From: an uncultured Lachnospiraceae bacterium
GTDB lineage: Bacteria > Bacillota > Clostridia > Lachnospirales > Lachnospiraceae
Assembly: GCA_947629865.1 (NCBI GenBank)
Contig: CANRFJ010000012.1
Coordinates: 8,520 to 72,519 of the forward strand
Reading direction: 5' to 3'
Length of the DNA: 64,000 bases
Shown here: in pieces, positions 40,766 through 51,166 of the stretch
Position numbering within the stretch: the first letter of the stretch is position 1
Layout of the letters: each line of letters opens with the position of its first letter
Notes under the pieces: model-generated
Seen by the model: only the letters and a program-made list of their open reading frames with translations
Databases searched by the model: none
Told to the model about the DNA's origin: nothing
Program-made: the position numbers and the translations under genes

Positions 40766-41863
40766 ATGAAACTGGGCATAGTCGGTCTCCCCAACGTGGG
40801 AAAGAGTACATTGTTTAATTCGCTGACAAAAGCGGGGGCGGAATCGGCCAATTATCCGTTCTGCACCATTGATCCGAATATCGGTGTGGTGCCGGTGCCG
40901 GACGAGAGGCTGGAGGTGCTGAGCCGGATGCACGAATCCAAAAAGACGATACCGGCCGTCATCGAATTTGTCGATATTGCAGGGCTGGTAAAGGGAGCTT
41001 CGAAGGGAGAGGGACTGGGCAACCAGTTTTTGTCCAATATCCGCGAGGTAGATGCGATCGTTCATGTCGTGCGCTGCTTTGAGGACACAAATATTGTCCA
41101 TGTGGACGGAAGTATCAACCCGCTGCGGGATATAGAGACCATTAATCTGGAATTGATTTTTTCTGATGTTGAAATTTTGGAACGGCGCATTGCCCGGACG
41201 AGCCGGGGAGCAAAAAACGACAAGAAACTGGCAAAGGAGCTGGCGCTTCTGGAGCGCCTGAAAGATTATCTGGAGCAGGGAAATCTGGCAAAGAATTTTG
41301 AACTGAAAGATGAAGACGAGGAGAAATTTTTCCGCGAGTACAATTTACTGACTGCCAAACCGGTGATTTATGCGGCCAATGTGTCGGAGGATGATCTGGC
41401 CGACGACGGCGCCGGCAATGGACAGGTGGCGGAAGTCCGTGATTTTGCGGCGAAGGAAAATTCGGAGGTATTTGTGATCTGCGCCCAGATCGAGCAGGAG
41501 ATCGCTGAGCTGGAGGAAGATGAGAAGAAGATGTTTTTAGAGGATCTGGGGCTGAAGGAGTCGGGACTGGAAAAATTGATCCGCGCCAGTTACCAGATTT
41601 TAGGACTGATCAGTTTCCTCACCACAGGCCCGGACGAGACGCGCGCCTGGACGATCCGGAAGGGGACGAAGGCGCCTCAGGCAGCAGGGAAGATCCATAC
41701 CGACTTTGAGAGGGGATTTATCCGCGCCGAGGTGGTTTCCTATGACAATCTGGTAACATATGAGGGCTATAATGGGGCCAGGGAAAAAGGACTGGTGAGA
41801 TCCGAGGGAAAGGATTATGTGGTGCAGGACGGGGACGTAGTGCTGTTCAGGTTCAATGTCTGA
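40766..41863 (+). CDS. ychF: Redox-regulated ATPase YchF
   Basis: GIVGLPNVGKST, NYPFCTIDPN, DIAGLV, GKIHTDF, DGDVVLFRFNV; GGAGG RBS. Confidence 0.97.
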   Translation: MKLGIVGLPNVGKSTLFNSLTKAGAESANYPFCTIDPNIGVVPVPDERLEVLSRMHESKKTIPAVIEFVDIAGLVKGASKGEGLGNQFLSNIREVDAIVHVVRCFEDTNIVHVDGSINPLRDIETINLELIFSDVEILERRIARTSRGAKNDKKLAKELALLERLKDYLEQGNLAKNFELKDEDEEKFFREYNLLTAKPVIYAANVSEDDLADDGAGNGQVAEVRDFAAKENSEVFVICAQIEQEIAELEEDEKKMFLEDLGLKESGLEKLIRASYQILGLISFLTTGPDETRAWTIRKGTKAPQAAGKIHTDFERGFIRAEVVSYDNLVTYEGYNGAREKGLVRSEGKDYVVQDGDVVLFRFNV

Positions 41864-41948
41864 CAGAACGTGAGGCGTGCATTTCACAGGGACAGAGAAC
41901 TGCAATAGGGACAGAGTGCCATAGGAGCATAAAGGAAGGAGAGACAGC

Positions 41949-42827
41949 ATGAACGGTGCGGACATTGCCTTTCCCCATCTGGGAATTTATATATCCTCCC
42001 TGCCAAAGGGAATTACCATCGGAACCTTTACCATAGCCTATTACGGCATTATCATCGCCTGCGGCATGGTGGCCGGCCTGCTTCTGGCCCGCTTCCAGGC
42101 AAGGCGGACGGGACAGGATCCGGAGTTGTATATGGATTTTGTCATATATGGTATTATCTTTTCCCTGATAGGGGCGCGGTTGTACTATGTAGTCTTCAGC
42201 TGGGACAACTATAAAGACAATCTGTGGCAGATTTTCAATATACGGGGCGGAGGCCTGGCCATATACGGCGGGGTGATAGCGGCGGTCATAACGGTAGCCG
42301 TGTACTGCCGGATAAAAAAATACAGTTTTCTTCTCTTTGCCGATACCGCTTCGGCGGGACTGATTCTGGGACAGGCGATCGGCCGGTTCGGAAATTTCAT
42401 GAACCGCGAGGCCTTTGGGGAATATACGGATTCTCTTTTTGCCATGCGCCTCAAGACGAGTCAGGTGTCCGCCTCAAGCATCACGGCCGCCATGAGGGAA
42501 CACGCCGTCACGGACGGCGGTGTGGAATACATTCAGGTGCACCCGACTTTTCTATATGAATCCATATGGAATCTGGCGGTTCTGGCTGTTATGCTCGCAT
42601 TTACCGGAAGAAAAAAGAACGATGGAGAGATTTTTCTGCTGTATCTCATAGGGTACGGCGCCGGCAGAGTTTGGATTGAGGGACTGCGCACAGACCAGCT
42701 CCAGATTGGCAGTACAGGGATTGCAGTGTCCCAGGTGCTGTCCGGTATTCTGGTAATCGGCGGCATTGCGGTCTTCGCTGTTTTGCGCATAAAGAACAGG
42801 CGGGAAAAGAGCACAGCGCCGGAGTGA
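41949..42827 (+). CDS. lgt: Prolipoprotein diacylglyceryl transferase
   Basis: GARLYYV, GGLAIYGG, GRFGNFMNREAFG, HPTFLYES. Confidence 0.96.
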   Translation: MNGADIAFPHLGIYISSLPKGITIGTFTIAYYGIIIACGMVAGLLLARFQARRTGQDPELYMDFVIYGIIFSLIGARLYYVVFSWDNYKDNLWQIFNIRGGGLAIYGGVIAAVITVAVYCRIKKYSFLLFADTASAGLILGQAIGRFGNFMNREAFGEYTDSLFAMRLKTSQVSASSITAAMREHAVTDGGVEYIQVHPTFLYESIWNLAVLAVMLAFTGRKKNDGEIFLLYLIGYGAGRVWIEGLRTDQLQIGSTGIAVSQVLSGILVIGGIAVFAVLRIKNRREKSTAPE

Positions 42828-42887
42828 TTTCCCCTGCGGCGTGGATGGCGCCGGAGAAATTTCCCGCCCGCGTTAAAATAACTACAC

Positions 42888-42951
42888 AACCCCCTTATAG
42901 ATCCGTACATAGGGCATTGAACGATTGTACCGGATTTATAAGGGGGTTTTT
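42888..42951 (+). terminator. Long hairpin with T tract; probable ychF-lgt terminator
   Basis: AACCCCCTTATA-GATCCGTACA...TGTACCGGATT-TATAAGGGGGTT, then TTT. Confidence 0.65.
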
Positions 42952-43023
42952 GTCTGTCCGTCTCCCCAAGTCCTTTTTCTGTTTTTTATAAAAAAACTTT
43001 TTTCCATTTTTTATAAAAATTGC

Positions 43024-43100
43024 TTGCCATTTTCCCAAAAGTGGTGTATGATTGTCTTAAAAGTGGTGGAAAGTGGTGGAAAGTGTCACGAAGTGGAGGA
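43024..43100 (+). promoter_or_regulatory. dcw promoter with MraZ-binding repeats
   Basis: TTGCCA-17 bp-TATGAT; AAGTG(G) repeats at a 10-bp period at 43061, 43071, 43081 and 43091. Confidence 0.85.
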
Positions 43101-43151
43101 CAAGCCGGACACGGGATTTCCTTTTCACCGACACGGAAGCTGGTGAAGAAT

Positions 43152-43580
43152 ATGTTTATGGGCACATACGAGCACGCTCTCGACGCTAAGGGGCGGGTGA
43201 TTATCCCAGCGAAATACCGCGAGGATCTGGGCGAGGCCTTTGTGGTGACACAGGGACTGGACGGCTGCCTGTTTGCATATCCCATGGAGGAGTGGGAGGG
43301 CTTCGTCAGCAAATTAAAAGAGCTTCCCGGCACGAAGGAAGCGCGAAAATTACAGCGCTATTTTATGGCCGGCGCCGCGCCATGCGAGGTGGACAAGCAG
43401 GGACGCGTCCTGATTCCGGGACATCTGCGGGAGAAAGCCGCCCTGGAAAAGGATATTGTCTTTGTGGGCGTTTTGTCCAAAATCGAAATCTGGAGCAGAG
43501 AGCGCTGGCAGGCCAATGATGATTATGACAATGTAGACGATATTGCAGAGCACATGTCGGAGTTGGGACTGAATTTTTAG
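43152..43580 (+). CDS. mraZ: Division/cell wall cluster repressor MraZ
   Basis: MFMGTYEHALDAKGR..IPAKYR, DKQGRVLIP, EIWS. Confidence 0.97.
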   Translation: MFMGTYEHALDAKGRVIIPAKYREDLGEAFVVTQGLDGCLFAYPMEEWEGFVSKLKELPGTKEARKLQRYFMAGAAPCEVDKQGRVLIPGHLREKAALEKDIVFVGVLSKIEIWSRERWQANDDYDNVDDIAEHMSELGLNF

Positions 43581-43594
43581 AATAGAGGTGTTCC

Positions 43595-44533
43595 ATGGAA
43601 TTTAACCATGTCTCCGTCCTGTTAGAGGAGGCCGTTGGGCAGTTGCAGGTAAGGCCCGATGGAATCTATGTGGACGGCACGTTGGGCGGCGGCGGACACG
43701 CCCGAGAGGTGTGCCGCCGTCTGGGACCGTCCGGGAGACTGATCGGGATCGACCGTGACGCGGACGCCCTTCGCGCCGCCGGAGAGAGGCTGGCCGAATT
43801 CAGCGACCGGGTGCGCATCGTAAAAAACAATTACTGTAACATAAGGGAAGTGCTGAGCGAACTTGGAATTGACAGAGTGGACGGTATCCTCCTGGATCTG
43901 GGGGTGTCTTCGCACCAGCTGGATCAGGCGGACAGGGGATTTTCCTATCGCGAGGACGCACCTCTTGATATGCGAATGGACAGAGGACAGACGCTCGATG
44001 CAAGAACAATTGTCAATGAGTACCCGGAGGAAGAACTTTTCCGAATCATAAAGACATACGGAGAAGAACGCTTTGCCAGAAGCATTGCGCGGAACATATG
44101 CAGAGCCAGGGAGAGGGCGGAGATCCGAACCACCTTTGAACTGGTGGAGGTTATACGGAACTCTGTTCCGGCCAAGGTGAGAAACAGCAAGGGACACCCG
44201 GCGCGGCGCACCTTTCAGGCAATCCGGATCGAGTGCAACCGGGAACTGGAGGCGCTGCGGACTGCCCTGGACAACATGGTGGATCTACTGGCAGACAGAG
44301 GAAGACTCTGTATTATTACCTTTCACTCGCTGGAGGACAGAATGGTGAAGCAGAGTTTCAGGGAAAAAGAAAACCCGTGCACATGTCCGCCGGATTTTCC
44401 GGTGTGCGTATGCGGCAGGCGGCCGCTTGGAAGGGTGATTACGAGAAAACCGATTCTCCCAGGCATAGAGGAGACAGAGGGCAACGCACGGGCCAGAAGC
44501 GCCAAATTGAGAGTGTTTGAGAGAATTATCTGA
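43595..44533 (+). CDS. rsmH: 16S rRNA m4C1402 methyltransferase
   Basis: [43 protein letters not shown]. Confidence 0.97.
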   Translation: MEFNHVSVLLEEAVGQLQVRPDGIYVDGTLGGGGHAREVCRRLGPSGRLIGIDRDADALRAAGERLAEFSDRVRIVKNNYCNIREVLSELGIDRVDGILLDLGVSSHQLDQADRGFSYREDAPLDMRMDRGQTLDARTIVNEYPEEELFRIIKTYGEERFARSIARNICRARERAEIRTTFELVEVIRNSVPAKVRNSKGHPARRTFQAIRIECNRELEALRTALDNMVDLLADRGRLCIITFHSLEDRMVKQSFREKENPCTCPPDFPVCVCGRRPLGRVITRKPILPGIEETEGNARARSAKLRVFERII

Positions 44534-44550
44534 ATAATACAGAGAACAAA

Positions 44551-45030
44551 ATGAAAGTCAGGGGGCAGTATGCGATGACAAGACAGACGACAGCCTATGT
44601 ATACGGAAGTGCGGCGAGGGCTATGGGGGCGGAGCCGCTGCGCAGAGGCGACGGGGAGATACGGAGAAGACAGCAGGAGAGGCGTAGACCGGTAGCTCGG
44701 CCGAGGAGACGCACGGACAAGGTGTCCGTGATTTTGACGTGCCTCACCTTTGCCACGGCTATGGTAATTGGAATTTCCTATCTGTATTTACAATTTCAGG
44801 CTACCTATCTGAGCAAAAGTGTGGTAAACTTACAGAGTGAAGTTGTAGAAATGGAGAAGGAAAATGCCACGGCGATGATGAACCTGGAGAATTCCCTGAA
44901 CCTCACCGAGATTTACAAGAAAGCTACGAAGCAGCTTGGTATGACAGAGGCAAAGGACAATCAGGTGTTTACCTATGAGAGCAAAAAAAGCACTCAGGTG
45001 CGCCAGCACGGCAGTATTCCTGTGGATTAA
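44551..45030 (+). CDS. ftsL: FtsL-like cell division protein
   Basis: Position after rsmH; AYVYGSAAR, single TM, coiled coil, KQLGM. Confidence 0.7.
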   Translation: MKVRGQYAMTRQTTAYVYGSAARAMGAEPLRRGDGEIRRRQQERRRPVARPRRRTDKVSVILTCLTFATAMVIGISYLYLQFQATYLSKSVVNLQSEVVEMEKENATAMMNLENSLNLTEIYKKATKQLGMTEAKDNQVFTYESKKSTQVRQHGSIPVD

Positions 45031-45062
45031 AGTCCGGAAGATAGTGAGCAGGTGAGACGCAG

Positions 45063-46916
45063 ATGAGTACATACAACGGCAGAACGCCTTATTATGGCAG
45101 AAGAAGGCGCCGGAAAAGAGCGAGGACAAAGATTTTTACGAGAAGGATGCGCATTACCCTTTTTGTGCTTTTTGTCCTTTTTCTTATTGCCTTCAGCGCC
45201 CTTATGGTAAAGATTTATCAGATCAATAAAAAAGACGGCGACCGCTACCGCAAGGCGGCGCTGTCCCAGCAGTCGTACACAAATGCCGTTCTGAATTACC
45301 AGAGGGGGGCGATCCGCGACCGGAACAATACGGTTCTTGCCGTCAGCATAAGGAAATACAATCTGGTGCTCGAGCCCCGCACTCTGCTGACGAACGAAGA
45401 TAAGAGAACGGCGACAGTGGCGGCCATTGCGGAGAGCTTTGACATTGACATTAAGAAAATACAGTCGGTCATTGATGAAAAGCCCAACTCCATGTACGAG
45501 CATTTTGACGAGCTGAAAGAACTGACGACGGAGCAGGTGGAGTCCTTCCGCAAAAAAATGGATGAAAATAAAAATATTGCCGGCGTTTGGTTTGAGGAGA
45601 CCTATACGAGAAACTATCCGCTTGGATCGGTGGCCTGTAATCTGGTCGGATTCATGTCCTCGGAGAACCAGGGGACCTACGGGGTAGAGGAGAATTACAA
45701 CGAGGAACTCTGCGGCACTACGGGCAGGGAGTATGGCTATTTTGATAACAACATGAACCTCCAGCGCACGATAAAGGAGGCAAAGGACGGCAATTCGGTC
45801 GTTCTCACCATTGACGCCAATGTGCAGCGGATTGTGGAGCAGCAGATATCCAATTTCCAGAAAAAGGGAGTGGGAGCCAGCCGGGTGGCAGTGATGATGA
45901 TGAATCCGCAGAATGGCGAGGTGCTTGCGATGGCCTCGGATTCCACTTTTGATTTGAACAATCCCAGGGATTTGTCCGGTATGTATACGGAGGCGCAGAT
46001 TGCGGCCATGAGCGACGATGAGAAAAAGGAAAAACTGATGGAGATGTGGTCAAATTTCTGTATCGGCTCCGCCTATGAACCGGGCTCTACCTACAAGCCG
46101 TTTACCATTGCGGCGGCTCTGGACGAAAATCTCGTCAACGGAAAAAGCACCTTTAACTGTACCGGCGTGCGCCGGGTGGCAGACCGAGAGATTCACTGCA
46201 GCAACCGCTCCGGCCACGGTATGCTGGATCTGCGCCACAGCCTGATGGAGTCATGCAACTCCGCCCTGATGGAGATTGGACTGCGTCTAGGCAGCGGGCG
46301 TTTCAGCAATTACAACCGGATTTACGGGTTCGGGCAACGCACAGGCATTGACCTGCCGGGAGAGACCTCCGGACAGCTCCACACGCAGGAGCAGTTAAAT
46401 CCGGTAGAACTCGCCACCAGCAGTTTTGGACAGACGCAGACGATGACGATGGTGCAGATGCTCAGCGGATTCTGCTCGCTTGTCAACGGCGGCAGCTACT
46501 ATCAGCCCCATGTGGTGAAGGAGATACAGAACAGCGACGGGGACGTAGTGGAGACTATCGATCCGGTGATTGTGAGAAAGACCATCTCCGAGGACACGAG
46601 CCGCAAACTGCGCAGCTATCTGAAATCCACTGTGGAGGAGGGAACGGCCACTCCGGCGAAGGTGAAGGGATACTCAATCGGAGGCAAGACCGGCACGGCA
46701 GAGAAGCGCCCGGTGAGTGCGAAAAACTATCTGGTATCCTTTATCGGCTGTGTTCCGGCCGATAATCCGGAGGTGGCAATCTATGTGATTGTCGATGAAC
46801 CCAGGGTATCGGATCAGGCGCACAGCACCTACGCCACCGAGTTTGCCTCCCGGATATTGAAAAAGGTACTTCCCTTCCTGGGACAGTATGCGTCTGAGGG
46901 AGCGGACGGGGAATGA
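45063..46916 (+). CDS. Class B penicillin-binding protein (FtsI/PBP2-like)
   Basis: TM; RGAIRDRN; EPGSTYK (SxxK), SCN, KTGT. Confidence 0.92.
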   Translation: MSTYNGRTPYYGRRRRRKRARTKIFTRRMRITLFVLFVLFLIAFSALMVKIYQINKKDGDRYRKAALSQQSYTNAVLNYQRGAIRDRNNTVLAVSIRKYNLVLEPRTLLTNEDKRTATVAAIAESFDIDIKKIQSVIDEKPNSMYEHFDELKELTTEQVESFRKKMDENKNIAGVWFEETYTRNYPLGSVACNLVGFMSSENQGTYGVEENYNEELCGTTGREYGYFDNNMNLQRTIKEAKDGNSVVLTIDANVQRIVEQQISNFQKKGVGASRVAVMMMNPQNGEVLAMASDSTFDLNNPRDLSGMYTEAQIAAMSDDEKKEKLMEMWSNFCIGSAYEPGSTYKPFTIAAALDENLVNGKSTFNCTGVRRVADREIHCSNRSGHGMLDLRHSLMESCNSALMEIGLRLGSGRFSNYNRIYGFGQRTGIDLPGETSGQLHTQEQLNPVELATSSFGQTQTMTMVQMLSGFCSLVNGGSYYQPHVVKEIQNSDGDVVETIDPVIVRKTISEDTSRKLRSYLKSTVEEGTATPAKVKGYSIGGKTGTAEKRPVSAKNYLVSFIGCVPADNPEVAIYVIVDEPRVSDQAHSTYATEFASRILKKVLPFLGQYASEGADGE

Positions 46917-47000
46917 AAAGATGCCCGCAGATAAAATCTGTCCGCCGGAAATTTGCATATCCGGAGAGAGTGTGCAATAGACTATAACGATGATTTCATA

Positions 47001-48734
47001 ATGAGGCGGCCTATGTGGAACAGACACAAAACCTACCAAAGACAAAATATGTTTTTGGTATTTTTTGTCTTTTTGGTCATGCTGACAGTTATGTTTGTCC
47101 GTCTGGGGTATCTGATGATGTTTCGGGCAGATTACTTTGGCGTACAGGCGAAGGAACTCCATGAGCGGGAGAGGAAAATCAAGGCTGAACGGGGTAAGAT
47201 TCTCGACAGGAACGGCAAACTCCTGGCGGGCAACCGATCGGTGTCTACCATATCGGTCATACACAGCCAGATCAAGGAGCCGGAAAAGATTATTTCCCTG
47301 TTGTCAAAGGAACTGAATCTCCCGGAGGAAGCCGTCCGCAAAAAGGTGGAGAAAGTATCCTCCAGGGAAAAGGTGAAATCGAACGTAGATAAGGAGACGT
47401 CTGACCGTATCCGCAATGCGAGGCTGGCCGGCGTCACCGTGGACGAGGATTACAAGAGGGAGTACCAGTATGATTCCCTGGCCTCCAAGGTGCTCGGCTT
47501 TACGGGCAGCGATAATCAGGGGATTATCGGTCTGGAGGTCGCATATGAAAAATATCTGAAGGGGACAGACGGCTCCATATTGACGATGACGACCGCCCAC
47601 GGCACGGAGATCGAAAACGGAGCCGAGGATCGTATTGAGCCCGTGGCGGGCTGGACGCTGAACACCAGTCTGGATCTGACGGTTATGGAGTATGCGGATC
47701 AGGTTGCAAATACGCTTATGAGGAAGAAGAAAGCTAAGAGCGTGGACATTATAGTAATGAATCCGCAGAACGGAGAGATATATGCGATGGCCGGCGCGCC
47801 GGAATTTAACCTGAACGCGCCCTATACGCTGCCGGACGGAGGACGGGGACTGACGGAAAAGGAGAAAAATAAAGAACTGAACAGCATGTGGCGCAACAGC
47901 TGTGTCTCCGACACTTACGAGCCCGGTTCCACCTTTAAGATCCTCACCGCGGCGGCGGCTCTGGAAAAGGGCGTGGTAAAAATGACGGATCGCTTTCAGT
48001 GTCCCGGCTATAAAATGGTAGAGGACAGGAGAATCCGCTGCCACAAAACGACCGGCCACGGGAGCGAGACTTTTCTGGAGGGGATTATGAATTCCTGCAA
48101 TCCCGTCTTCATCGAGGTGGGAGCCAGACTGGGCGTAAAAAATTTTTTTGAGAAGCTCACAACTTTCCGCGCCCTGCAGAAAACCGGAATCGATGTGCCG
48201 GGAGAGGCCAATACCATCATGCACAGGGAAAAAGACGTGGGCGCGGTGGAGCTGGCCACCATCTCCTTCGGGCAGTCCTTCCAGCTCTCGCCGATACGCC
48301 TGATAACCTGCGCGGCCTCCATCATCAATGGGGGCAAAAGCATTACCCCTCATTTTGGCGTCAGCGCCGTCAACGCCGACGGAACCAGCATGAAACGCTT
48401 TCATTATCCTCACGGCGACACCATTGTGTCGGAGGAGACATCGGATCTGGTGCGGGAGGCGCTCGGCAAGGTTGTGTCGGAGGGGACGGGGAAAAATGCG
48501 GGCGTGGAGGGCTTTGCCGTGGGGGCAAAGACCGGAACCAGTCAGAAGCTGCCGCGGGGGAACGGAAAGTATATCGCCTCCACGATCGGATTTGCGCCGG
48601 TGGAGAATCCACAGGTCATCGCCCTGGTGAGGATTGACGAGCCGGAAGGGCTCTATTACGGCGGAACCATTGCGGCTCCGGCCATTTCCACTCTGTTTAC
48701 CAATGTGCTTCCCTATCTCACGGAGAGGGAATAA
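47001..48734 (+). CDS. Class B penicillin-binding protein, SpoVD-like
   Basis: RGKILDRNG; EPGSTFK, SCN, KTGTSQK; second PBP of the tandem pair; start uncertain (46953-47013). Confidence 0.85.
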   Translation: MRRPMWNRHKTYQRQNMFLVFFVFLVMLTVMFVRLGYLMMFRADYFGVQAKELHERERKIKAERGKILDRNGKLLAGNRSVSTISVIHSQIKEPEKIISLLSKELNLPEEAVRKKVEKVSSREKVKSNVDKETSDRIRNARLAGVTVDEDYKREYQYDSLASKVLGFTGSDNQGIIGLEVAYEKYLKGTDGSILTMTTAHGTEIENGAEDRIEPVAGWTLNTSLDLTVMEYADQVANTLMRKKKAKSVDIIVMNPQNGEIYAMAGAPEFNLNAPYTLPDGGRGLTEKEKNKELNSMWRNSCVSDTYEPGSTFKILTAAAALEKGVVKMTDRFQCPGYKMVEDRRIRCHKTTGHGSETFLEGIMNSCNPVFIEVGARLGVKNFFEKLTTFRALQKTGIDVPGEANTIMHREKDVGAVELATISFGQSFQLSPIRLITCAASIINGGKSITPHFGVSAVNADGTSMKRFHYPHGDTIVSEETSDLVREALGKVVSEGTGKNAGVEGFAVGAKTGTSQKLPRGNGKYIASTIGFAPVENPQVIALVRIDEPEGLYYGGTIAAPAISTLFTNVLPYLTERE

Positions 48735-48812
48735 ATGCTTGCGGGAAGTGGCGTAATGGTATAAAATAAACTCGTGTATAACATACGGAACAGGATAAGA
48801 GGAGGAGCAGTT

Positions 48813-49778
48813 ATGAATTTGAATCTCAGTGTATGGATGCCGGTAATCATATCTTTTCTGGTGAGCGTGGTGTTGTGTCCGGTCATAATACCATTCCTGC
48901 GCAAACTGAAATTTGGACAGACTGAGCGGGAGGACGGGCCGGAATCCCATTTAAAAAAGACCGGTACGCCCACCATGGGAGGGCTTGTGATACTGGCCAG
49001 TATCCTCATCACATCCCTGATTTATGTGGGGAGATACAGCGACATCATTCCGGTGCTGTTTATGACACTGGGCTTTGGTATCATCGGATTTCTCGATGAT
49101 TATATCAAGGTGGTGATGAAGCGCTCCCTCGGACTGACTCCGCTGCAGAAAATGGCGCTCCAGTTTGTCGTGACAGGCATATTTGTTTATTACTATTTCA
49201 ATGTGGCCGGACTGGACACTACGGTTCGGATTCCCTTTGTGGAGGGAGCCGGATTCACTATGCCGGTGTGGCTGTTTGTGATTTTTGTCTTTATAGTTGT
49301 GCTTGGCACAGTCAACGGCGTAAACTTCACCGACGGCCTGGACGGTCTCGCCTCCGGAGTCACAGTGATTGTGGCAACTTTCTTTACGCTGGCGTCGCTG
49401 GCGCTCAATCCGGATATGACGCCGATCACCTGCGCTGTGGTGGGAAGCCTGCTGGGATTCCTTCTCTTTAATACCTATCCGGCCAGGGTATTTATGGGGG
49501 ACACCGGTTCCCTGGCTCTTGGAGGATTTGTATCGGCCATTGCCCTGATGCTTCACATGCCGTTATTCATTGTGATTGTGGGACTGGTATATCTGGTGGA
49601 GGTAGTCTCCGTGATTTTGCAGGTGGGATATTTTAAACTGACTCACGGGAAGCGGATTTTTAAGATGGCGCCAATCCACCATCACTTTGAGCTCTGCGGA
49701 TATTCGGAGACACAGGTGGTAGCGGCTTTCAGCATTGTCACGGCGCTTTTGTGCCTGGTCGGCATGGTGGCGCTATAG
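48813..49778 (+). CDS. mraY: Phospho-MurNAc-pentapeptide transferase
   Basis: GTPTMGG, DDYIK, NFTDGLDG, FMGDTGS, MAPIHHHFE. Confidence 0.97.
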   Translation: MNLNLSVWMPVIISFLVSVVLCPVIIPFLRKLKFGQTEREDGPESHLKKTGTPTMGGLVILASILITSLIYVGRYSDIIPVLFMTLGFGIIGFLDDYIKVVMKRSLGLTPLQKMALQFVVTGIFVYYYFNVAGLDTTVRIPFVEGAGFTMPVWLFVIFVFIVVLGTVNGVNFTDGLDGLASGVTVIVATFFTLASLALNPDMTPITCAVVGSLLGFLLFNTYPARVFMGDTGSLALGGFVSAIALMLHMPLFIVIVGLVYLVEVVSVILQVGYFKLTHGKRIFKMAPIHHHFELCGYSETQVVAAFSIVTALLCLVGMVAL

Positions 49779-49819
49779 ATGGATTTCCTATCAAATACGG
49801 ACAGAAATGAGGAGAGAAA

Positions 49820-51148
49820 ATGACATTACAGGGAAAAAAGGTGGCGGTGGTCGGACTGGGAAAAAGCGGTCTGGCTGCCTATGAATTATTAAAGACGTCG
49901 GGGGCGGTCATCTGTCTCTATGACGGGAAAGAGGAGCTGGATACGGAGGGGTATGAGGCGCCGGTATATCTGGGGAAATTTCCGGAGGATATTTTTGCGG
50001 AGCTGGATCTGGCTGTGTTCAGTCCGGGAGTACCCCTGGACATTCCCGTGGCGGAGTTTCTGCGGGAACGGGGCGTCCCGATCATCGGGGAGATAGAACT
50101 GGCATACCGGTGGGAGAAGGGGATCGTGGCAGGAATCACCGGAACCAACGGGAAGACCACGACCACGACGCTGGCCGGAGAGATTATGAAGGCGCACAAT
50201 CCGGAGACCTTTGTGGTCGGGAATATCGGAAATCCCTACACGCGGGAGGTGCTTAAGAGCACGGAAAACTCCGTGACGGTGGCTGAGATCAGCAGTTTCC
50301 AGCTGGAGACGGCCGACACATTCCGTCCGGCGGTCAGCGCTATCCTCAATATCACGCCGGATCATCTGAACCGGCACAAAACGATGGAGCGATACATAGA
50401 TACCAAATTGTCCATAGCAAAGAACCAGACGCAGAAGGAATTATGCGTGCTGAACTATGAGGATGAGGTGCTGCGGGAGCGGGCGGGAGGACTGTCCTGC
50501 CGGGTTGCTTTCTTCAGCAGCAGACGGAAGCTTGCGGACGGACTTTACCAGAATGAGCGGCATGACATTGTGGACGGCGCTACAGGAGAGATTCTGATGA
50601 ATATGAGCGAATGTAATCTGCCGGGAGACCACAACTGCGAAAATATCATGGCGGCCATTCTCATAACAAGGGAGCTCGGCGTGCCGATGGAGACGATCCT
50701 CTCTGTAGTGCGGAATTTTCGTGCAGTAGAGCATCGGGTGGAATATGTGACGGAAAAGAACGGGGTGGCATACTATAACGACTCCAAGGGAACGAATCCC
50801 GATGCGGCCGTGAAGGGTATCCAGTCCATGAGCCGGCCCACGATACTGATAGGCGGCGGCTATGACAAGGGCGGGGAGTTTGATTCCTGGATCCAGGCCT
50901 TTGACGGCCGGGTAAAAAAACTTCTCCTGCTGGGGGCAACCAGGGAGAGGATAGCAAAAACGGCGGAAAAACTGGGTTTTTGCGAGTACGAATTTGTGGA
51001 CAGTCTGGAGCAGGCGGTAAAGCGTGCGGCGGAACTGGCAGAGGAGGGAGATGCGGTGCTTCTCTCACCGGCCTGCGCCAGCTGGGATATGTTTGACTCC
51101 TATGAGCAGAGAGGGACGATGTTTAAGGATTTTGTCCATAGATTATAA
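49820..51148 (+). CDS. murD: UDP-MurNAc-L-Ala--D-Glu ligase
   Basis: GLGKSG, GITGTNGKTTT, EISSFQL, NDSKGTN, LSPACASWD. Confidence 0.97.
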   Translation: MTLQGKKVAVVGLGKSGLAAYELLKTSGAVICLYDGKEELDTEGYEAPVYLGKFPEDIFAELDLAVFSPGVPLDIPVAEFLRERGVPIIGEIELAYRWEKGIVAGITGTNGKTTTTTLAGEIMKAHNPETFVVGNIGNPYTREVLKSTENSVTVAEISSFQLETADTFRPAVSAILNITPDHLNRHKTMERYIDTKLSIAKNQTQKELCVLNYEDEVLRERAGGLSCRVAFFSSRRKLADGLYQNERHDIVDGATGEILMNMSECNLPGDHNCENIMAAILITRELGVPMETILSVVRNFRAVEHRVEYVTEKNGVAYYNDSKGTNPDAAVKGIQSMSRPTILIGGGYDKGGEFDSWIQAFDGRVKKLLLLGATRERIAKTAEKLGFCEYEFVDSLEQAVKRAAELAEEGDAVLLSPACASWDMFDSYEQRGTMFKDFVHRL

Positions 51149-51166
51149 GGACGGGGGGATAGGCCT

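Noticed and set aside
41888-41916. AGGGACAGAG x2 between ychF and lgt
   Set aside because: Short, purine-rich and compatible with chance or slippage.
47304-48950. 548-aa antisense ORF (likewise 56513-57856, 11430-12695, 28347-29483, 51143-52141)
   Set aside because: Shadow ORFs opposite well-supported genes, expected from GC-biased codon usage; no recognisable motifs.
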